Shown piece by piece: positions 8,001-14,293 of a DNA stretch of 14,293 nucleotides (position 1 is its first letter; each line of letters opens with the position of its first letter). Both the position numbers and the translations under genes were made by a program. The stretch is from positions 1 to 14,293 of the forward strand of contig JBHGNT010000882.1 of assembly GCA_043228905.1 (NCBI GenBank), in the 5' to 3' direction. The stretch is from Azolla caroliniana (lineage: Eukaryota > Plantae > Polypodiophyta). The notes below the pieces were generated by a model that had not been told where the DNA came from, made no database searches, and saw only the letters and a list, made by a program, of their open reading frames with translations.

Positions 8001-9841
8001 ATTCAAGTGCCAGAAAGGTGTCAACATCATGAAGTTGGCTTGATAGTTATACTTGCAAATTTAACTTTTTCTTCCATTAGTGTTTAAATAGATCTCATTT
8101 GGGTGCATTCTTATATGCAGATCATTGCATAAAAACACAGTTGCTTCAAACTAGAGGATTTGAGATCAACTTAATAAATATATTCATTTTCTGCATGCGG
8201 AAAGGTGATCGTCATTATCGAAGGGCTGTCAATTTAAACCGGAAATGAGGATTTTGACATTACAGAAATATTGATAACGGCAGGCAGGATTTCATCTGCC
8301 AATCCTAATGCTCATAAACATAAAACAAAAAATCCAACTAGGTGCCTATGTAGATTATTAAATCCAAAGCAATTACGAAAGCCATTTTACACAATGGTTT
8401 CTTGTGAGGCATTAATCCTGAACATACTTCAAATACCAACTTAAATGAAAAAGTATAGTGTCTATGAAACTAAAATTTATAAATAGCACTCTAGATCCTT
8501 GATGTCAATGGGTACATAAGCATAGATGTTAAGGAGCAGAATCTTCACCAGAATCTCAGGAATGATTAATGATGGCTTAATGATAAAGTCCATGCACTCA
8601 AAGAAGCTATGTTGCCAAAAATCAAAATTTAAGAAATTGAGTACATCTATAATTAGCAAAGAGAAAGTCTCCATTTGCAGGCATTTATCAGGTTTAATTC
8701 CAATTATTGAATCCAGGGCTAACATTAAACAGAGAAGCAGTGTGGCTTTGAGGAAATGCAATCGTCAATTATGCGGCTGAAGGCAGCACAAGTCACCATA
8801 CTGAACAAGTCTATTGGAGATCTTCTCTCTTTCCTGGCATTTCAGCTGATCAATTGAAGCTGATGTACCAGGATACATTAAGATTACTAATATTGCAAGA
8901 TCTAGAAAAAATAATTAAAAGAGAAGCTTAATGTACCTGTTTTTCCATTTCAGTAGGTGTATGCTCAGTAGAGAATGCAAAGGCCATAATTTTCCTTGAC
9001 CTTTCAAATAATCTTTCAGACTTAAAACCTGAGGCTGCCATGAAAGTGAGAATTCAAGACAGGAAAAAGAAACGAAAAAGTACTTGCCAGAATCAAAAAC
9101 ATTGTAGCAGAAGAAGCAAGTGAAAAAAACGAAGTTTGATAGAATCAGCAACATTCTAATAGAAGGTGCAAGAAACGGAATTGGGAACTTCCAGAAGCAA
9201 GAAACAAAAGCGAAAATTGAAGGAAGGATCCGAGGCTTCAATTCAGAAGAAGGTGATCACTTGAAACAGAAGGAGAATCGTGATACCAAATACGCAGGAT
9301 AAACATTAGAAAACAACGGATCAATCCAAACTCGGAAAGAGAATTTAAGACTTGAAGCATCAACAAGAAAACCAGAAAATGGAGGGAATGATTCAAAATT
9401 CACACAGAACCGATAAGCATTCGGACAGAAAAAAAGCATCCAAATTTCAGAAAAGAATGTCTACAGGATGGCAGGATACAAACAGGTGACACAATGAGAG
9501 AACACTACAAAACAGGAGAAAAAAAAAACATGAAAAATTCGAGACATGAGAAACAGAAGATGAAGAATGAAGGAAGGAAGAAAAGGGAGACGAGACAAAT
9601 GCGACAGGAGCAGAAGCATTGTGAACAAAATCCAAGAGCGTGGAAATAACAAGGAGGAGGATAGATGGAAAGAAGGGGTTGGAGAAACGCAGGAAAAAAA
9701 AAAACAGAAAAAAGAAATACGAATCCAAAGAGAAGAACGGATAGGAGGGTGAAGGAATCAGAGACGTGGTGACAGAAGACATGATGAAATACCTTGGTCC
9801 CGATGAGCTGATCGCAGTGAACGTGAAAGCGTGGAGAACAT
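1923..9841 (-). CDS. HIBCH: 3-hydroxyisobutyryl-CoA hydrolase family protein (crotonase fold, CHY1/HIBCH-like), complete 15-exon gene, 419 aa
   Basis: Hand-spliced complement(join 9793-9841, 8937-9028, 7908-7988, 7510-7578, 7368-7431, 7197-7276, 7012-7095, 4794-4878, 4632-4717, 3405-3526, 3259-3319, 2991-3089, 2792-2893, 2660-2701, 1923-2066) = 1260 nt. All phases are compatible and there are no internal stops. Family motifs: [51 protein letters not shown] (catalytic Glu/Asp retained), [27 protein letters not shown]. Exons 1-2 rest on splice signals and phase rather than homology. The symbol denotes the family; the exact orthologue is not determined. Confidence 0.93.
2200..2407. repeat. Tandem duplication, 2 x 104 bp, in HIBCH intron 14
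   Basis: 2200-2303 vs 2304-2407: 3 substitutions seen and no indels. Confidence 0.95.
2660..2701 (-). CDS. HIBCH: HIBCH exon 14 ([14 protein letters not shown])
   Basis: ctaatgcAG/GTATAT boundaries; GCR..L..KD..PK motif. Confidence 0.92.
2792..2893 (-). CDS. HIBCH: HIBCH exon 13 ([34 protein letters not shown])
   Basis: gaAG/GTAAAA boundaries; IREGR, CL.REYR and DFYE motifs. Confidence 0.94.
2991..3089 (-). CDS. HIBCH: HIBCH exon 12 ([33 protein letters not shown])
   Basis: aatAG/GTAAGT boundaries; ASP.SLK motif. Confidence 0.92.
3259..3319 (-). CDS. HIBCH: HIBCH exon 11 ([20 protein letters not shown])
   Basis: cacAG/GTAAGT boundaries; I..CFS...E.I..AL pattern. Confidence 0.91.
3405..3526 (-). 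CDS. HIBCH: HIBCH exon 10 ([41 protein letters not shown])
   Basis: ctaatcacAG acceptor, TAG|GTGGC donor; phases 0/2 fit the neighbouring exons. Confidence 0.85.
4632..4717 (-). CDS. HIBCH: HIBCH exon 9 ([28 protein letters not shown])
   Basis: gcAG/GTGTTT boundaries; conserved GLTGARLDG and GLATHYV. Confidence 0.94.
4794..4878 (-). CDS. HIBCH: HIBCH exon 8 ([29 protein letters not shown]), catalytic exon, GC donor
   Basis: Acceptor tttAG; donor CTAG|GCATGT; contains catalytic Glu (PET) and Asp (PDV). Confidence 0.92.
5510..5947 (+). mobile_element. Probable solo LTR (438 bp) of an LTR retrotransposon in HIBCH intron 7
   Basis: Termini TGTGG...GGAGTGTAACA (TGT..ACA), flanked by AAAG at 5506-5509 and 5948-5951. 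CCCTATATAA box at 5632-5641 is followed by a CT-rich tract and a GT-rich 3' part. GC content is higher than the surrounding intron. No internal coding sequence is adjacent. Confidence 0.72.
6004..6436. mobile_element. Non-autonomous hAT-type MITE (433 bp) in HIBCH intron 7
   Basis: Imperfect ~24-bp TIRs: TAGCGATGGGCATGGTTCGGTTCG vs reverse complement of the right end TAGCAATGGGTATGGTTTCGGCTCG. 8-bp TSD GTCATAAA at 5996-6003 and 6437-6444. Many subterminal AAACC/GGTTT motifs and an AT-rich non-coding core. Confidence 0.88.
7012..7095 (-). CDS. HIBCH: HIBCH exon 7 ([28 protein letters not shown])
   Basis: gcAG/GTATGC boundaries; DGIVMGGG motif. Confidence 0.94.
7197..7276 (-). CDS. HIBCH: HIBCH exon 6 ([26 protein letters not shown])
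   Basis: gtAG/GTGAGT boundaries; FF..EY..NY...TY.K family pattern. Confidence 0.92.
7368..7431 (-). CDS. HIBCH: HIBCH exon 5 ([22 protein letters not shown])
   Basis: gtAG/GTAAAA boundaries; oxyanion-hole motif AFSAGGD. Confidence 0.94.
7510..7578 (-). CDS. HIBCH: HIBCH exon 4 ([23 protein letters not shown])
   Basis: cacAG/GTATGT boundaries; length fits homologue spacing. Another in-frame AG lies 18 nt upstream. Confidence 0.88.
7908..7988 (-). CDS. HIBCH: HIBCH exon 3 ([27 protein letters not shown])
   Basis: gcAG/GTGAGG boundaries; LNRP..LNA crotonase motif. Confidence 0.93.
8937..9028 (-). CDS. HIBCH: HIBCH exon 2 ([30 protein letters not shown])
   Basis: Acceptor ctcAG|GT, donor CAG|GTACAT; ends phase 0 into VLIEE, matching the Q-VL-x-E start of the family domain. 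Confidence 0.78.
9793..9841 (-). CDS. HIBCH: HIBCH exon 1 ([17 protein letters not shown]), presequence-like
   Basis: ATG at 9841-9839; donor CAAG|GTATTT; phase 1 joins exon 2 in frame; followed by a long CT-rich first intron. Confidence 0.72.
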
Positions 9842-9873
9842 CGTCTCCCTCGCAGGCTGCTTCAGTGTGTCAG

Positions 9874-10271
9874 GTCTGTGTGGGCGTGACGGCTCTCTGC
9901 GGAACCGTTAACGAGCCCCATTGAAATGGAATAATAATTCATGGGCCATCGCCATACATTCATTCAGTTCATTCATTCAATTCATTCATGAGGAAGAAGA
10001 TCAATCATCATCACACACACACAGTTATTATTATATGCTCATTGCCTTCATTAATCCAACCCACCCAGGCTAGGCTATAGGCTATCATGCTAACACTCAA
10101 CAAATATTGGGGTTTCACTGCACATATACAATGTACATAATACATATATATTATATACATATCAATCGATGAATGAATGTATGTATGTATGTATGGCGAT
10201 GGCCAATGAATTATTCATTTTCAATGAGGCTCGTTAACCGATCCACAAAGAGCCATCACTCCCACACATAC
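9874..10271. repeat. Imperfect inverted repeat, arms ~9874-9989 and ~10169-10271, spacer ~180 bp
   Basis: GTCTGTGTGGGCGTGACGGCTCTCTGCGGAACCGTTAACGAGCCCCATTGAAA...GGCCATCGCCATACATTCATTCA aligns with the reverse complement of arm 2, GTATGTGTGGGAGTGATGGCTCTTTGTGGATCGGTTAACGAGCCTCATTGAAA...GGCCATCGCCATACATACATACA. Confidence 0.92.
9942..9947. promoter_or_regulatory. Site II-like motif TGGGCC ~100 bp upstream of the HIBCH ATG
   Basis: Matches the TGGGCY TCP-binding motif common in proximal plant promoters. It is a single hexamer, so it could be chance. Confidence 0.25.
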
Positions 10272-11921
10272 TAACGATCGATCAATGAATTTATGATCAA
10301 ATCCGTAGCTCGTCGTCCTCCCGATCTGCCGATCTTGAACGAAAACCTGCGGAGCCATAGGAGTGGCGATTAAATAATGCATCAAAGTCCAGAAACATGC
10401 GCTTAACGTGTGAAGGCTCGGGAACCTGCCCAATTGTACGCATTCTCGAGCGTGTCGGCCTCAAGAAGCTGAAAAATTACTCCCTGCTCGTTGTCAAGTG
10501 GATATTATGATAAATGATGTTTGCTCATATGTAGCCACCGGTGCCAAATGTGGGCTATTGCAAGGAGAGGGGTGATGTCGTTTGCACAATTATTGCTCAT
10601 GTAACAAAGAGGTATGTTCTTTACTCACCTTTTCTAATAAAATAATAGGAGGCTCACTCCCACGAGAGTACGTTAAATGAAACCATACATATAGACACAA
10701 AATGTTGCCTATATTGCTCTCCTCTCCGTTCCTTTGCCCAAGTGTTTTGAGAGTGTATGTCTACACATATGTACATCCAATGGCAAATTCTAGGGCCATT
10801 TCTGTTCATTGCACTTATTGAACTTGCTAGGAGAGGGTTGACTATCATTTGACATCACCTTGGTTGTTTAAAGCTTATATCATTTTTTCAAAGCATGGAT
10901 ACTATAAAGCTTATAATCCAATATGAGAAATAGCCAATGCCAATAGCTACCACAAAGCTTATAATTCATGCAAAAAATAGTCGACGCTTTTTTGTGTACA
11001 TCCTAGTTTCTAATGTTAATCAGCAAAATATATGCTCCATGTCTAATGCTTGTCTTTTAGTTCAAATGGAAATGCACGTTTTTAATTCAAATATTCATAA
11101 AACACTATGTATGGTCAGAAATTTTGGGCTTTCATGAAAACACTAAACACTAATTGAATGAGAACAAGATACTCACTATCCACCACCCTCGAATGGAATT
11201 CACATTTTCAGCAAGATACTTTGGACAAATCCATATAAAAGCTACTCCTCACTAAGTGACAAATTCATCAAATTTATGGGTTGAATCCTGGTTTCTCTCC
11301 TATTTGTCTCACATACACCCTTTTTCAACATAATTTGTCAACTTTGCTTATAGTTATAACCATCCAACAATTTTGTTTTTCTATGACATCAAAACTTTAT
11401 GCTACAAGTTACAAGTACAACAACCCATATAAACCCTCAATGTTGGCAAAGAACTTGTGGAACACAGTGATTTCCATCAACTTTAGGGGATAATTTCCCT
11501 TTAACAGAACAAAGACTATCAAAAGCAGATCAAACCTTCATCCAGTTCCATCTCAAGAGACGCAGGTTTTATAAACCACTCAAAGATTTCATGGACTAGA
11601 CATTAAAACACATGCGTATATGTCCTGGCATAGTATCATTCGATGTAAACGATATGCACTAATCTTTACATTACTTCTCTTACTAGGAACACATTGCTTA
11701 TTCATGATAATCTCTCATCCTCATGCTTGGCAATTGTTTTTTGTTACAAAGAACTTCAGGGTCATCCAGATGAATTATTAATGGACTTCAAATGTCCACA
11801 AAACAAATAATATTGTTATTAATGCAGTTCTCTACTGGAGTTGTAGCTCCATACATAAAAAATCCAATGAGCAATTTTTGGAGTGAATAGTTCGGTATAG
11901 GAAACTGATCAAAAACCCTCT

Positions 11922-12086
11922 TCAAACGTCTACAACTTCAATCAAGGAAGGCTCATAGTCACTAGGAGCTTCGAATCCCAACAGATTCATCATAGTGGCA
12001 GCCACATTGGCAAGGCCAGCTTGAGGAAGATCAGTGCGAAACCGAACTCCAGGTGATAAACCAGGCCCACCAATGGCAATAGGTAC
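11922..12086 (-). CDS. iPGAM: iPGAM terminal exon (VPIAIGGPGLSPGVRFRTDLPQAGLANVAATMMNLLGFEAPSDYEPSLIEVVDV*)
   Basis: ccAG acceptor; typical plant iPGAM C-terminus; TGA at 11924-11922. Confidence 0.95.
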   Translation of the reverse strand, partial: VPIAIGGPGLSPGVRFRTDLPQAGLANVAATMMNLLGFEAPSDYEPSLIEVVDV

Positions 12087-14035
12087 CTGGAACAACACAA
12101 ATCACATTATAAAACATTTTCTCCATTCTGTTATTTGTGATGAAGCACTGCACCAACTTTTTAAGCTGGTTAACTACCCCTTGCTACAATACAACTTATG
12201 TTTCAGTATTTTTTGCAATTAATGCCAGAAATTTGTGGTGGTAGGGAGGGATTCAAAGCTGGAAAGAGAAGTGCCTCCATTCCACATTTGTCTAGAGAAA
12301 CAAATCACCCAGGAATTATCTAGAGAAATTAACCATAAAACAAACTTATATCATCAAAGCTTAATTAACCATGATGGTGATTCTGGCTATGAACCCAGCA
12401 ACCTAATAGAGGACGTATAATGTAATACCAAGGGCAAGTAATAGCTTGCTCCCACAATTTGCTGCATAGATAGCCAGCCTATGAATTACCAATCAACATT
12501 GAGAACATAGAGAGGCAGATACTACATAGATTTATACATGAATTATATATATATATAGTTTCTCGAGAGAAAGGGCCAAGAAAAAAGAACACAAAGAGAT
12601 GTTTTCAATCGAAAGTTTCAAAGAACATGAGTATGCAAATAACTGAGTTCCACAGATGGAGCAATGTCATGAAGCTATTTAAAACAATTACCGGAGAGCA
12701 TGTATGCGATGTGAGAATTTGGATGTTTCCACTTTTGTCTAGCAAGGGTTGGGTAGTCTTAGGGTTCCTTTTCACCATGTCTTCAGCATTCCCATGATCA
12801 GCAGTTACAAGATATATACCTCCAACCTCTTCCACAGCATCAAGCATCATCTGTTGACATGACTGAGATGATAAGCTTATGCGTGCTAACACCAAACTAT
12901 GCAAGAAACATAAGCTATCAAAATTAAATTGATGTAGGACATACCGCTAGCTGTTTATTACTAAGAGAGAATAGATTAACTAGCTTGTTTACAATTAAGA
13001 ATAATTATTATGTTATCCTCACTGACTCATGATGATTAGCTACATGTGCACGTAAAATTAATAGGATATTGGAATTGTTTATGCATGTGTGATATTTCGG
13101 TCATGATCCATAAACAGTACCTTAACAGCCTTATCAGCTGATTCACAAGCAACAATTGTAGCATCCAAGTCTCCTGTATGACCAACCATATCACCATTTG
13201 GCAGGTTTACGCGTACCTGTATCATGATATTTATCAAGAGTTAAGGTCACACTGATTATAAGCGAACTGATTATATCCAAAACAAGAGCTATGCTTAATT
13301 CCTATAAATATATATACACATGTACCTGATCATATTTGCCACTCAAAATTGCATCTCTTGCTTTTTCACCAATTTCAATGGCTTTCATCTTGGGTTTCTC
13401 ATTGAATGTAATGCCCTGATCACTTGGAATCTCCACGTATGTTTCCAATGCTTCATCAAATAAGCCTGATCTATTTCCATTCCAAAAGAAGGTAACGTGA
13501 CCAAATTTGACTGTCTCACTGCACAGCAAGACTCACACATCGTCATATATTATAACACTGAGTAAAACCAAACAGAATGCTCGATAATAAGAAATCAAAA
13601 AAATTACCTGCATGCAAAGGTTCGAACCCCATTCCTTGCAAAATATTCACCTGAAGTTCGATCAATCTCCGGAGGGCTCACCAAGTATTTACTAGGGAGC
13701 TTCAATTCACCGTCATATTGGAGCATGCCAGCATAATGAATCTTAGGTACTCGAACACGATCAAATTTATCAAATTTCTCATACTCCAGGGCTTTCGCCA
13801 ACATTATCATTCGATCTGCCCGAAAGTTAAAGGTGACAACTGCATCTCCATCAACGATGGGACCAACGGGTTTACCATCTTCACCAACAATCACAAATTC
13901 AGGGCAATATTGATCATTAAAATTAGGAGTCACTTCTTTCAGGTGTTTGAGGGCTTCTAAAGCACTCTTATATTTATTTGGAGCTTCTCCCAACACTTGA
14001 GCATCCCATCCTCTTTTCACCACATTCCAATCATT
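11922..14035 (-). CDS. iPGAM: 2,3-bisphosphoglycerate-independent phosphoglycerate mutase (iPGAM), last five coding exons; 5' part outside window
   Basis: complement(join 13608-14035, 13326-13518, 13121-13216, 12692-12850, 11922-12086), all GT-AG and in phase. Motifs: VVKRGWDAQVLGEA, FNFRADRM, ACSETVKFGHVTFFWNGNRSG, NLPNGDMVGHTG, VTADHGNAEDM, TSHT, GLANVAAT. Metal-ligand Asp/His residues are present. Confidence 0.97.
12692..12850 (-). CDS. iPGAM: iPGAM exon (MMLDAVEEVGGIYLVTADHGNAEDM...TSHTCSP)
   Basis: acAG/GTAATT boundaries; ADHGN and SHT metal-ligand motifs. Confidence 0.95.
13121..13216 (-). CDS. iPGAM: iPGAM exon (VRVNLPNGDMVGHTGDLDATIVACESADKAVK)
   Basis: acAG/GTACTG boundaries; DMVGH metal-binding motif; too short for the ORF track. 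Confidence 0.95.
13326..13518 (-). CDS. iPGAM: iPGAM exon (ETVKFGHVTFFWNGNRSG...LSGKYDQ)
   Basis: gcAG/GTACAT boundaries; phase 2 start completes the Ser codon. Confidence 0.95.
13608..14035 (-). CDS. iPGAM: iPGAM exon (NDWNVVKRGWDAQ...NGVRTFAC-S)
   Basis: tttAG acceptor 14037-14036; donor GCAG|GTAAT. Confidence 0.95.
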
Positions 14036-14293
14036 CTAAAAGGAAAAAGAGGAAACAAGAGCAGGCAAACATCATTATTTACTATCTGCCACAGATGTTG
14101 GAAAAGCATTCAAGTTCATATTCTTGAGGTTTATGTGTACATTCGTCTAAGAAACGGGATCTAGTGAGTTCAAGTATAGTTAGAGAAGTTTTAGTGTCTT
14201 TGCTAAGCTTAGTTGTTGGATCAAAGGAAAACTGAAATGCATGTATTTTTCTCTAGCATACAGTTTGTAAAATACTATTCAAATAAAGTTTTT

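Noticed and set aside
8797-8845. Possible extra exon ([16 protein letters not shown]) in intron 2
   Set aside because: 49 nt would shift the frame, the acceptor is weak, and exon 2 joins exon 3 correctly without it.
9029-9792. Phe/Ser-rich and Lys/Glu/Arg-rich ORFs
   Set aside because: Artefacts of the CT-rich, low-complexity HIBCH intron 1.
10258-10620. USE-like TCCCACAC suggesting an snRNA, telomerase RNA or MRP gene
   Set aside because: Poor match to RTCCCACATCG, no proper TATA at the expected spacing, no telomere template, and no U-snRNA or MRP signature recognised downstream.
10869-10968. Three AAAGCTTATA copies
   Set aside because: Short, AT-rich and irregularly spaced; no supportable function.
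9841-11922. iPGAM-HIBCH adjacency as a metabolic gene cluster
   Set aside because: Two primary-metabolism genes from different pathways and compartments; adjacency alone is not evidence of a functional cluster.
13718-13960. Plus-strand ORF (also 12034-12222)
   Set aside because: Antisense to iPGAM exons.

Overview
AT-rich land-plant nuclear DNA with short spliceosomal introns and no prokaryotic features. It holds two head-to-tail minus-strand genes. (1) The last five coding exons of a cofactor-independent phosphoglycerate mutase (iPGAM), 14035 to 11922, with the 5' part outside the window. (2) A complete 15-exon 3-hydroxyisobutyryl-CoA hydrolase (HIBCH/CHY family) gene, 9841 to 1923, giving a 1260-nt CDS and 419 aa that I spliced by hand. 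The HIBCH protein has a mitochondrial-presequence-like N-terminus, a second well-contexted in-frame ATG and a C-terminal PTS1-like -PKL. One of its introns uses a GC donor. Its intron 7 carries a probable solo LTR (TG..CA, 4-bp TSD) and a hAT-type MITE (8-bp TSD), and a degenerate second MITE copy lies downstream of the gene. An imperfect inverted repeat with ~100-bp arms sits just upstream of the HIBCH start codon. Several local tandem duplications are present. Most ORFs in the supplied track are spurious or are exon fragments. I found no evidence for a wholly new multi-gene system. The best leads are possible dual organellar targeting of the HIBCH and the promoter-proximal inverted repeat.
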